Origin: Chrysomallon squamiferum
Lineage: Eukaryota; Animalia; Mollusca
Assembly: GCA_012295275.1 (NCBI GenBank)
Contig: CM022665.1
Span: 8,866,001-8,930,000 of the forward strand
Length of the DNA: 64,000 bases
Reading direction: 5' to 3'
The notes beneath the pieces are model-generated. The model did not search any database, was not told where the DNA came from, and worked only from the letters and a program-made list of their open reading frames with translations. Below are positions 24,561 to 37,900 of the stretch, piece by piece. Every line of letters starts with the position of its first letter. Within the stretch, counting starts at the first letter, position 1. A program made the position numbers and the translations under genes.

Positions 24561-27500
24561 ATGGCGTCCTTCAGATTCATGCAAGTGGTAAGACTTTTTG
24601 CAGAATGTATCAAACAAACAAATGTACCATTTTGGTTTAGCAATTTATTCATAAAAGTCAATTGAAAAATAGATCTTTCCAAATCCATGCAAATAAATAG
24701 TGTTGTCAGCAGAATAATAAACTAAAATTTTCAGAAATGTTTACCACATTTAATTTTTAATGATTTATTTTCCATTAGACAATTTAGTAAATGATTTACT
24801 AAATTTAGAGAGGCATGTGACCAAATTTTATATATCACGGCAAATAGCAGAAAACAAAAAAGCAGATTAAAATGACATCAAAATATCTTTGATAGCATTG
24901 ATATATAAGTTAGGAATTTTTAACTGAATAAAATTCGTGGTATTTTCCCTAGTGATTCTGTGGAGAATCTGTGATTTGTTTCAGTCATTTGGCAGAATAA
25001 ATACTAATACATACAGTTTGAATTTGAAACCAATATACATGTATTATTATGTTAGAATTTGGAATGAAGCATTTCAATTTTTACGAGTTCGAGAATTATA
25101 CACTAATACAGTACTTTTAAGCAAGTTGCTAACATGAATTTTAATTAATTGCACTAATACACCTTAGTTATGTATGTCAAAAGCATCAAGAAATTAAATC
25201 AGTATACAAAAAGATAATTTTTCAAGATGGAGCTTTTCATGAGTTGTAAAGACCTTAACATTTTCAAGCAGTTTCAATTTGCTAACATTAATATTTTTAA
25301 TTGATAATATTAATCAGTGTTAATTTGCCTTGTTCAGTCATAATGCAGATCTTGAAACTTCATAAAAATCAGCAATGTGCATTAATTATAACTTAAAATG
25401 GGTTTTTTGATGAGTTTAGAAGACTGGCAGATTTTCAAGCACATTGCTACACATGATTCTTATGGTAAGACTAATTATACCCACTGGAAAGGCCTTGGTA
25501 AATATCTGAGTAAGGGGAACAGATCAAATCACTATTTTTATCAAATACTAACATGACAAAATACGATAACCACAGACATCTGCCCCAAGCTGAAATATAG
25601 AGAAGTCATAGTACACAGCAACATCATATGTATCTGCACTAAATGGACTGTTATGCCACGTAATATCTCAATCACACAGTAAAACAATTAAAATATTGAA
25701 CCTCTCAGACATATGTGGCAACAGTAGTCACCATGGTTGCATTGTTAAGAAGACCACACATCCTGCTACCTCAAATGTATGTATAAATATTTGTGGACTA
25801 TGTGGACTATTATATTACATGATGTATGTGACTCTTTCGTTACATGTCTAATTTAGAAAGTTAACATGAGATGATGAGTTTTACATATGTAGTGCTAATA
25901 TGGCTAAGTGACTAGCATCTCTAGTTTGAGTAGCATATAGTAAATATTAATAATTTAATGGGTCTTTATATTATTACTAATACATGGAGGTAGTACCAGC
26001 TAACATATTTTTCAAGAATATGATTTTATTTTAAGCATTTAAAATACTGGCATGGTATCCACCAATAACTGAGACCCATAAGATCTCTTATTTGTTGCAG
26101 TTACACAGTTTTTATCACCACCTGTCCAGGATTGTAGGTACAGAATTATTTTTTGTAATGCTGTTGCACATCAAGAGCTGACATGTCTTTTAAAATGACT
26201 AACAAATGATTCTATTCATTTTGATTGCTGTTAACTGAAATAGAAGCAAATATCAGTATCTTTGAAAGAGCAACAGATAAAATATTTGAGAGTTTATTTG
26301 CTGAACAAGTCATTTTAATTATTAGACAGAATTCAGCATTTATACAGTACATTGTTATTCTGATATATGTGAGGCACTAGACCCTTCTTAGTTTTGTTAG
26401 ACTACTTGATTAAAAATACAAAAGATCAGTTAAAAATGTTTTGATTCATCAAATATCAGGGTAGACTTTTCTACCCTCCTACCCTTCAGGCAGAAACCCT
26501 GATGGAAGAAATAAATAAAAATAAATACAAGTGAATAATGTCAAGAAATTGTTGAAATACCCTATACTAATTGACAGAAACATCTTTTCCATAGATTTCA
26601 AATTGCAGTTGAATTTTGGTCTTAAATTTTGGTAAACCAAATGACTCCAATGATAAACGAAATGTTTTCTTCAGATAACAATGTTGCAAATGTTGAAAGA
26701 TTGAACATTTCTTTACATTTGCTGTCTGAAGATACTTTTCATCAAAAAACCTGAACTACCTCAAAACACTGAGAATGTATAATAATTATTACGCTCATAC
26801 ATTAAATGCATTTTAAATCTTTGTCTGATTATGAATATGATGTTCAATATTACCTATTTAATTTGTGAATGACCAAGTATGACATTGTTAATCATAAAGA
26901 TCTGAGCATGCTATTCAAGTGTGTTTATTATATATTATTTTTTTTTTTATGTTGAGCAGTGAGCTGTAAACACTAAATCTGTGTATATCAATGATTATAA
27001 AACACCACAGAATAATTGCCTATATTGAATCATGATTCTGGTGCTAAGTAATAAGTTACACAACCATTTAATATATCCAATCGTATTTATTTATTTATTT
27101 ATTTTTAATGGTGTAAATTTCAGGTTAGGCAGTTTAGTTCCACCACAACTGTGAATGGGAAACTTGTTAATGTAAGTATTATGTCTTTGTAAAATTTAAT
27201 TCATGGTGCAGTAGTTCTTTCTTTCATTTTTTTAAAAGTAGGATTAGATATTAATAAGGAAGAATATCAGTGAAGGTTAAATAGCTAATAATATAATTAA
27301 TTATATTACTTGTTTCCTGTTTATTGTAATTTATTGATAGGTGAAAGAATGTATATATGTGTGTGTGTGTTTTGTATATTTTAACATAAGTTACTTTTTC
27401 TCTTTTTTTTTGCACTGAGTTTCATTCATGTATGATGATGAGTGACAAAAAAAGAAGCTTAAATAGCATTAATAATGTCTAACAGAATATTTCTTGAAGT

Positions 27501-30500
27501 TGATATAGTATATACATGTATATTAACACTGCTAGTATTAATAGATAATTGCAAGATAAAATAGAGAAATTTCACATTTCATCAGTGGATAAATATTTCA
27601 ACTAATTTTAGGCTCCAATCCAGTTGTTTGGTACTGAGGGACGATATGCCCATGCCCTGTATTCAGCTGCTGTCAAGCAAAAACAGTTGGATACTGTTGA
27701 AAAAGATTTACATGGTCTTCAGGTAATTTGAAATCATTTCACATAATTAGTTTAAAAATTCTTTAAAACTTTTATACTGTTAACTCTAATTTTATTCATT
27801 TAAATGATGAAATTATATTTTATTTATTTATTGTTACATTTGCTCTTACATGTTTTTAACAATAATAATATTACTGTTTCATGATTGTTGTAATTTAAAT
27901 ATACATTTAATTTTTTTCACCTTTTAGTCAGGAACTGACAGGGTGAAATAATCTATTTATATATATGTTTTAAAAAAATAACTAACTCAAAATATGATAT
28001 TTAATTTTTCAGTCATTACTGCAGAAAGATGTTAAACTAGTAGAATTTATTTCCAATCCTTCACTAAAGAGACAAGAAAAGAAAGGTAAAAAAACCCTGA
28101 TAATTGGTTAAAATGTTTATGATTTTTTTTCTTGCTGTTCATTTTTTGCATTCTGCGTTTTATCTTGGTTAATAAAATAATAAGAAGAATTTTAAGTAAT
28201 TATATAATTACACCAAAGTCTGTGAATAAAATCCCAAAACAAACCAAAAAAGAAAGGCTTGATTATGATGATAATATTCATTTCTTTTCGCTTAAATAAC
28301 TGAAACTTGTTTTATCTTAAATCTACACAGTGCCTTCGCACTTAATCTAAATGATTTCAGTAGGGATTAAAATATTAGAACAAATGCAATTATGTTATAG
28401 GCTGTTAAACAGTGTGATTAACTGGGAGAGTTCATTTCAAAACCAACACAATCTAAATTCACTTTTTTAGTATTTTAATATACTTACTTAAATCTTCTTT
28501 ATATTATACATGGTTGCCATAGCGCTTGTTTCTAAAATGCTTATTATTGTGGACTAGAGGATGCAGACACTATGACAGATTAGTAAATTCAGATTTAGAC
28601 AGTAATTTAGTATCATGATTGTATGATAGTACCCTCATCCATTAGATACATAACAAATCAACAAAGAGTACAGCATGACTTATTTATTAATTATTTTCAA
28701 ATTATTTACAAACCTATTTTGTAATTATGCCAAAGCAAATAAATACACCTAAATTATCTACTTTTTATGGGAAACCTATTTAAAGACAGAATCAGTCAGG
28801 AGAGAATCAAGGTAATTTTGATAAACTGTTAATGACACAGATTAGATTGCAAAATGACTACCAAAACAAGAGAAAAGTAACTTAACAAATCCTTCTGTTA
28901 TACTATTACAACAGTATAACCAAAGTTTTATTTATTCTTCGCAGTGATGTTGGTTAAGGGAACTGCAGGTTATACAAGTACCTGCTGTCTCTCTGAAGCA
29001 TATTTTCCTTCAGAGCAGAGTTTTCTTTTTGCCCATATATATGTAATATTCCTGTGGATGTCAGTTAAAACCACAATGGAAAAACCAAACTAGCAATTGC
29101 AGCTTGACCAGACGACTTTGTTTTTCTTTTTTTACACAAAACTCACTCTATCCTGGCTGCTAATTAACTCAAAAATTCAAAAACTATCATAGATGGTTTG
29201 TCATCACATATTAATTAATTTAATTATTTACTTGTATCAACATTTACAGGCAGATCATTTACTTATTATAATTATTAATACATATGGGTTGTTTTTTTAG
29301 CATTTGTTGTTGGTTTATATTTTCACTATTTTATTAATAGAGACTAGATAAACTTGAGATTATATATGTGTAAAAACTATTACTTTAATAAGATTACAGT
29401 TAGTGTATGGAAAAGAATGTATCCACTGAAACAGTTTCATCTGTGTTCTAGTGTTAAAGACAAAATTATCTGTCTTTGTCACAGTGGCAAAAGGGATATT
29501 TTATTTGGAGATTAATAATATGTTGAACAATTATATTTTTAGTTGCTTTGGAGCCAGTAATAAAGAAACTGAATTATTCACCTTTAACAGTGAATCTGCT
29601 TGGTAAGTTTTTAGGCTGCCATTTCATCTTAATATAGAATTTGTAAAATATATTTTAATTGTAAATGTACATGATCTTGAGTCATCCCTTTTCACACATA
29701 GATTAATGGTTACATTTTGCAGCTAATTAAAGAGGAGAAAACAAATCAAAAATAATTATTAATAAATTTATTTTTTATCATCAAATATATTGCAATACTT
29801 TGTATTTAATTATTTATTCACTATAATTGTATTACTGCAGGTGCCTTGACAGAAAATGGCCGGATTAACAGAGTAGTTGCTGTTATTTCAGCTTTTAACA
29901 AAATTATGAGTGCACACAGGGGAGAAGTTAAGTGCACAGTAACAACTGCCAAGGTATTTAATCCATTGTAATAAATTTCAATGCAGAATAGTTTTATAGT
30001 TTGTCAAGTGACAAGATTATATCTGATTATGAAAATATTCTAAATTACCAACTTGTTGACAGATGAAAAAAAAAAAAAAAAATATTCGATGAAAGTTTGA
30101 CATCACAGCCAGTAATACAAACATAACACACCAGTGAATGGTAAAGCACACTTAATTTTTTAATGTTTTGCTTGCAGCCATTGGATGGTGGTAGTCTGAA
30201 AGAGCTAAAGGATGCACTACAACTGTTTTTGAAGAAGGGAGAAATACTACAATTAGATACGAAGGTGTGAAACAGTATATCATATGAAAAGTAAAAATAT
30301 TTCCTGACAAGAGCATAAATATAAGAGACAATGGGATATTTAAAATGATATCTATATATCCTGTTTACACTGCAGGCGATAATTGAACATCAGGCTGATG
30401 GGAATGGTTATTTTTACATTTACAGTTTGAATTAACTTTTGAAAGTATTATATATAAGATATAAATATATATAGCTAAATAAAAAAAATAAAAAATGAAA

Positions 30501-30652
30501 TATTTTGTTTATTATTATTACTTTTTTTTTTTTTTTAGGTTGATCCTTCACTGATTGGAGGAATGGTTGTCAACATTGGGGACAAATATGTTGATATGTC
30601 TATGGCAACAAAAATTAAAACGTACACTAATCTTATCAAAGAAGCAGTTTGA
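24561..30652 (+). CDS. ATP5PO: ATP synthase peripheral stalk subunit OSCP (subunit O), mitochondrial
   Basis: 8 phase-consistent exons: 24561-24587, 27124-27171, 27612-27722, 28013-28085, 29543-29602, 29841-29953, 30178-30264, 30539-30652 (210 aa). Motifs [39 protein letters not shown] and [21 protein letters not shown]. None of the internal exons appears in the ORF track. Confidence 0.96.
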
Positions 30653-31839
30653 AAATTATTAGGAAACTTCAGAGTGTTATTGTATATACCTGTGCAAGAA
30701 ACAGTTGCTGTATCAGCATTGACCAGAAGTGTGTAGATAAAACAGTGTCACAGTAATAAAATATTGTACTGTATTGCATGTTTGTTTTTCATATCACAGA
30801 ATTATATATATTTAATTGTATTATATGTTTTGGTTACCCGTTTTGTAGTGATGTTCTGAAGATAAAGAAAGTGTTAGCCAGTAAGTGGGATTAGTAATAG
30901 TATACCAAATTCTGAATAAAGTACTGAGTAGGAACTTTTAAAATGTTTTTGATAAACATGAAAATGTCTAAACAACAAACAAAATTACTGGAATATTATT
31001 GAGTATGTTAACTCCTTTTGCTGTTATTTGTCTTAGCATATTTCCTATCATCAAATAAGTCTAGTATAATAATTAATTTCAAATGACATTTAGAAATGGG
31101 GTGTTATTACACTTTACAAATTGAATATAAAATCAGGAAAGTGTATTTAAACTACTGTCACAGGCACATTTTGTTGCCAGTTCAATATATTGAAAATGTG
31201 AAATAGTTTCATACAGTTGTTTTGAAAATGGCATTCGTGTAAAGTACTTGCCACCTAGTTGGGCATAAGATAAGAAGGTTTCATTTCAAGAGAACATAAT
31301 TAAGTCAGCTGAAAAATGCAGCATATTGTTTGAAACATTTTAAACAAATTTACATTATTTGTCAAATACCTCAAAATTATTCTTAAAATGCATGAGGTCC
31401 ACATTCTAAAGCTAATTTTGATTTTTGCTTGAATGATCAGCATACAAGTCATGATAGAAGAAGGGATAGACAGTATTAAAACATATATGTACACAATACT
31501 TTATACATCTCCCTAATATGTCCATATTTTCAAATATTAATCATAATTTAATTATTGTTCTGGTATATGAAATTAAACTGAATTCAAGTAACTAAAATTA
31601 TCTGAAAATGGCAGTCATATGGAAAACAATACTTAAAAAAAATATATTTTAAAAATAGCAGTAATTATGTTGGTGATTTTAACCATGGTCATACGTTTTA
31701 CAGCATGAAGTTAAAAAGAATCAAGTGTAATTAATAACTGTTATGCATCTATGTGGTGACATCATGCATAATACTGTCATTGCCTTAAAAAGTTAATTGC
31801 CAGAAAGATTAACCTTTAGATGTAAGCCAAGTATATTTA

Positions 31840-32345
31840 GGACCTCGGTTTGTCGAATTCCAATTTTGTTCTAAACAATAAATAAATAAAAACAATACAA
31901 TAATTTAATAAAACACGAAACATATACATATTGGTTTTTCTTCTCTAATTATTAATTTGGGATGTTTGAACACGTTAAATCATATTTCAAAGTTATATTA
32001 CAAAATAAATGCAGAAAATAATGAGTCGACTCTACGTATGCATAAGTGAGTTCACTGAATTTCAGCATTAAATATAAAATTTGGTTCTAGATAGTTTAAC
32101 AATTACAAAGTGTTAAGGAATGTCTTTGATAATGGCAATCGGATTAATTCGTTATTGTCCGCCATGCTATACGAAAAGGAACGATAAATATCGATTGGTT
32201 ACCTGCGTTTGACAACGAATATGGAGAACATGACAACGGCAACTGTTTGCTGTATCTATGATGAAAGGGTAACATCATAATTTGACGTAAGGTAAGGATT
32301 AACTTTCCAGTATTACAGTTAGGTGACTTTCGGGTGAAATATATT
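31840..32345 (+). promoter_or_regulatory. Putative EFCAB6 promoter and non-coding first exon
   Basis: CpG-enriched patch with tandem GTAAGG donors near 32287-32297. RFX X-box half-site-like ATGACAAC and GGCAAC at 32230-32243. The first coding exon begins after an acceptor near 34973, which implies an upstream UTR exon. Confidence 0.45.
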
Positions 32346-33299
32346 ATATTTAATCTGCCATAAAACTGTAAATTATAATTACTATGCACACATTTATGTT
32401 AACGGATAAGTACATGTACTGTTACTAATCATATTAGAAGTTTGTAATCTTGGTGGCTTTCTCAGTGCATTATCTCTTAACCAGAATGATACAAACTTGT
32501 AACTGTCAAAATTTTAATCCTAGTGCTTTTGGCCTTATACACTTTTTATATATTTATGTAATAATGAAAATAGGATTAATTGTTTATTAACAGTAATACT
32601 TTAGTTAATTATGTTAATTACACACGTATGCTTGACACCGTGGTAGATTGAATGGATACTGGTTAGAGTTGTTAATTAAAAAAATAAAGAGTTCATTGCG
32701 TTCATTTATTGTAACATTTAAGCATTTATTAGACTATTATTCTAGCCAATGCTTTAAAAGTTAGTCATTAGGCCTATACATAACTTAATATAAGTGCTAT
32801 CATTAAAAGACTATTAATACTGATTAATCAGTTACTGAAACATTGCAACAAAACCAACCTTAGCTTCTAATAACATATGACAGAAGACCTAAAAAAGCAC
32901 AAATTAAATATAAATTTAAATTAAAATAACAATAAATAGATAAAAACAATTAAAACAAATAAATAAAAACTTTAGGGAGACAGTAATGTTTGTCACTTAC
33001 AATGAAAATACATCAACAATAAAAATGAGAACAAAGTTGAAATACATTTTTAGATTCACAGCAATAAATTTATATCTGTGAAACAATGCATTGGATTTGC
33101 ATGTAGTAATATATTATCTCTCTTATTTCATTGTGTCAAATAACCCTGTAATAATGAATGCAAAATAGGTTTTGATTTCTTTTAAGCCTGAAATATATAT
33201 ATATATATATATATGTTTACACGATTCAGTATGATTGCAAAATTATGTTTTGAAAATGTTTATTGACATTCTGCATTTTTTGAAACCTGTCTTTTTAAA

Positions 33300-34171
33300 G
33301 ACTGTTTGTAAATTAATAACAAAGATCATAGCAATATGATCATTCTGTAAGGTGCTGTTTAATTCTTTTCATATATGTCACATTCCCTGTTTCTTTTTCA
33401 CATTCATTGTAATTGCCTGATAATACTTATTTCTGATTGCATGTTCTGTCTGTGTCCATTTATGTTTTTTTGTTTTTTTTTAACTTTGTTAGTTTTAGCA
33501 CAGCCCATTCCCACAGGCTAATGCTGGATACCTTGACAGTCATTTATAGATGTGGTTCTGCAATGTCATTTGTTTTCAGAAATTCATTTTCTGTGTGTAA
33601 ATACATCTGAAGTATATTTTCTTGATAAAGATGTTAAATTTCATTAGCTTGGTTTTCAGCTGGATTTGTTTGTCTTTCATGAAGAAAGCAACTCCAATTT
33701 TTCTGTATTCTCATTTTGTATTTTTTTCTCTGCCATCACTTTTCTTAATTACACTGCCTATGGATAAATAGGAGTCTGACAGGATGGTAGTTTTACAATT
33801 CTTGGCTTGCTTCTTTAAATGTTTGTTATTATAGACGATGACATAAGTTTCAAAACACTGGTTTCCTTGGGTCTCTTGTTGACTGTGTGACATGACAATA
33901 AGATCATCTACAAAACAGGGTCTTCCAAATGGTGTCCACTGAATACTTATTAATACATAATAAGAATTGACATGAATTTCATGATCTCTACAAAACAATA
34001 CTTAGTGTTTCTGAATCTTTTGTCCACCACTGTCTACATTATTAACATAATTAACAGTTCCTCACCATAGGTTATTTTTGAACAAAAACAAAAACAAAAA
34101 TTAATTCCTGCAGACCTTCAGCTCCTCTTTTCTAATTTTTTCTCACCTAAATCATGTTTTCTTCCTTCAGT

Positions 34172-34209
<38 letters not shown>

Positions 34210-34480
34210 AGTGATATTTTTCCATTCTATATAGGTCTGAACTTTTGTCTTGGATGCCTTATGGAGAATGTTATTTAGGTTCAGAGCTTTACCTTTTCAA
34301 AAGGGATTACAGGTTTTTCAGAGTCTGCTTTGCTAGGCTTTCCACAATTCATGTGTAGTACTTTTAATAAGATTGATGAAGTGTCCGGTCTATTTAAAGT
34401 GGTAATATTTTCTGGTATTCATAATTGGTTATATTTCATAAAGTCTTACATAGCTTGGAATCTCATCTTTATGTATTTTC
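33300..34480 (-). mobile_element. Highly decayed RTE-type non-LTR retrotransposon (LINE) reverse transcriptase fragment
   Basis: The minus-strand ORF 33711-33998 contains IQWTPFG...FVDDLIVMSHSQQETQ and YLSIGSVI, resembling the RTE-clade IQWT..L.DLDFADDLALLSH.QQ.MQ and TYLGSV motifs. Boundaries are approximate. Confidence 0.55.
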
Positions 34481-34981
34481 ATTACAACCTACAATATTAA
34501 TATTTCCCCCTTTTTCATAAATAATCATTTCTTTTAGTGGAATAACACATACCATTGCTTCTGACACATACACAGTGACCATTGATACAGACTGTTGACT
34601 AATCTACAGGTTTGTGTAAGTTGCTCTTGGCAGTAATATACATATGTATTTCTTTTTCTTAACTCATTTTAAATAATCTAATCTTATAACAAATTTATCT
34701 TCTTTAATTAAGTGTGTCAAAAAAAAAAAGAAAAGAAAGAAAAGAAAAAGAAAAAGACCTAACACAGCAACATAAACTCCACCCAAAAAACAATGCAACA
34801 ACAGTTAAGAAACATGATCATGGACGATATTTAATTGAAAGTAAATTTATTTATATTTTTAGTTATAATGTAATTATACAATTATATTCATTTTACTGTT
34901 TATTAAGCTTATTTAATGATTTCTGTAGCAAGTAAGGTTCTAAAAAAACAAAAAATCATAACTTTATTTTCAGAGACGAAA

Positions 34982-37900
34982 ATGGCAACAGTAATACCAA
35001 GGTTGTTGCCAGACACCCAGGGTGTGCAGTTCACTGCTCGACCAGTTTTGCGCACCAGAGAAAGTTTGATGTCAAGCAGAAATGACAGATTTGCTTCGAT
35101 AGGTAACACTGATGTTTAATTATAGAAAAATAAAATTTAATTTAAAATAATAATTTAGAAATTGTCTTATCACAACCAAGAAAACAAAATAAAATTAATG
35201 CATGTGGAAAAGTACATCACTAAATAAATAATAAAATATAATAGGTGCTGAAATGAAGTATTTATTTATTATTATTTTATTTTTTATAATTCAAGGTTCA
35301 AGAGAAGGTGCTCATGTTGTTAACCCCAATCTGTCCTCCATTGAAATAGAAGCTCTGCTGAGAGAAAATGTGCAGGCAAAATATGATCATTTGAAGCAGG
35401 TAATCTGAATTTATTTTGAATGTAACAAAATTAATTTGTTCATTTATTTGTTTTTCATCCATTCAATATTTTCAGTAATATACCGATGATGATAAGCTTT
35501 GCAATGCCATTAAAAATCAGTCACACAGTTCTACAGACAGACACACACACATCCTGTATACCATGTATCTTATATTTATTTATCAAAATTTACAGATTTT
35601 TGATATGGTAACTGCTCTGAATTTTTAAGATAAGCAGCTTGTTGGCTTGCAGACTGATAAGGATAACAGGAAAAGTGGGTTTACATCAACGCTATAAAAA
35701 GTGCATTAATTGTATAGCACCCAAAAAGCTAATTTATTCATGTAAAATCTCTAAGAAATTATCATATTGCTTCTTACTAATTCACAAATGTTTTGCCTTT
35801 GAATTGTGATTTATATTAATAATTATGAATTTTAAAAATATTTTTAATGTATTAATCCATTTATTATTCTTACCTTTCTTCCATGCAATAGGCTTTCCAA
35901 ACATATGATGCTGATCAGAATCAAAGTGTAACTAAGGGAGAATTCAGAAGAGTTTTGGAATCTTTTTGTTTTCCAATGACTTCTGAGCAGTTCCAGGCAC
36001 TTGTAGCAAAGGTAAAAATCTCTGATATACGTGGATTATAAATATATTTATTAATCCATAATGAAAAATGTAATTTATTATTTAAAATCTAATATATATT
36101 TGATTAAATCATAAAAATGTTATAATAATGAGATTAAGATAAAAACAGGTTGAAGTTTCCTTGTCCAAAATTTCAAAAACCAAAAAGCTCCAGAATCTGA
36201 AACCTTCTTTTGAACAGCAGAAATAGTGATATCTTAAAGTTTTCTGATTGTTTTGCATTGACAAACTTTATTTTATGCTCAAAATTATTAGAAATATTAT
36301 TAAAAAATAAGCTATTAATTAATGAGTGATAGATAAAATCATAAAACAAAATTATTTGAATTGAATAAAAAACAACAATTTTTTTCAGATCCAGCTCAAC
36401 CCAAACCAAACAGTTAAATACTCTGACTTTTTAAATAAATTTTCTGGCAAAGATGTCACTCATTCTTACAAAGACAAAGTCATGAATGGAAAATTCAAGT
36501 AAGATATTACACTATGACATTGATAAAAGTACGGTCACTTCTGAAAATTTATATCTGAAATAGTATTTTTATTTTTTGGTTTTAGTTGTAAATTTATGAA
36601 GTGTGTTAAAGAATGTGATTAATATCAACAAAAACTGAGAAATATAAATTATTCAGTGTAACACATAAATGTGTTAAGAGAGTCATCACTTAATTTTAGA
36701 GATGAACATAATTATTTTGAAACTGAATATGGAATAGTGATCGAAATGTATTTTGAATAAAACTACAAGTGTTTTGTTTGTTTAATTTCTAAAGATAATT
36801 TTCAATACATTACTGTAATACATGTATATAAAATAATTAATAAATACATTATTATGAATGTATCATTTTAGTTCTCTGCAGCAACCAACATCAAAAGAAA
36901 CCAATATGGATGTCATTGAAAGAATGCTTCGAGATAAGGTACATTTTCTCAGTTTCAAAATATTAATTTTTGGATGACATTGTATAGAAATTAGAATATA
37001 TACACATATATATTTTTTTTCTTCAAGATTTGCAGTTTTTTAAAATTGTTTCAGAATACATATATTTTAATGGTGAATGAATTTGATATAAGTTACTTTT
37101 AAACCATGATGGTAATTGTTTCAAAACTTGTGTTTAAAATGAATATTAATTTAAAACTTTAAAAATATAACATTTTGTAGATTGCTGGAAATCTGAAAAC
37201 AGTTGTAAAAGCTTTCCAGTTATTTGACTACAATATGGATGGCAAAATACAAAGACATGAACTTCGCAGAGTTCTTGAAAACTACTGTTTTAAGTTCACA
37301 GACCAACAATTTGATAAGTAAGAATTCAATATACTCCCATTCACCCAGCCACCAACCCATACACATGCAAACAAAAACTTGATAATTAATCAGAGAATTG
37401 TTGATAGACTGATACATTAAGTTTTATTGGTTAAAAATTTCATTTCTCTTCTCTCACAATGCCAATTTTTAAAAACAGAAGATAGATGAAACTTTTTCTC
37501 CATAATATATGTTTGTAAAAGATAAAATAACCACAAATAAATTATATCAATAAAGAAACATTTTGTTGAAAATTAAATAATAATTTTGATAAATTCATTA
37601 CTTGTAGAATTAAATATCTTGCTTGAAGTTTGTTTCAGCTGATGGTAAATTTTACATTTACCAATAAGTACTGTGTAAAAATTAAAGAGTGAAATTGTTC
37701 ATATAATTTGTTGATATATTTATTTCCATTGTTGGTAACATTATTTTCAGTAACATTTTGATTTCCTTTTTTCAACAGAGTATGGCAGAGATATGATTTT
37801 CACCATACTGGTACTGTGAACTACAGAGAATTCCTACACAGACTTGGAGTCAGTGGACACAAACCTGCATTACCTGCAGGAGCTCAATCAGGTTTGACAA

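Noticed and set aside
28512-28526. X-box-like GTTGCCATAGCGC in ATP5PO intron 4
   Set aside because: An isolated imperfect match far from any inferred TSS is expected by chance.
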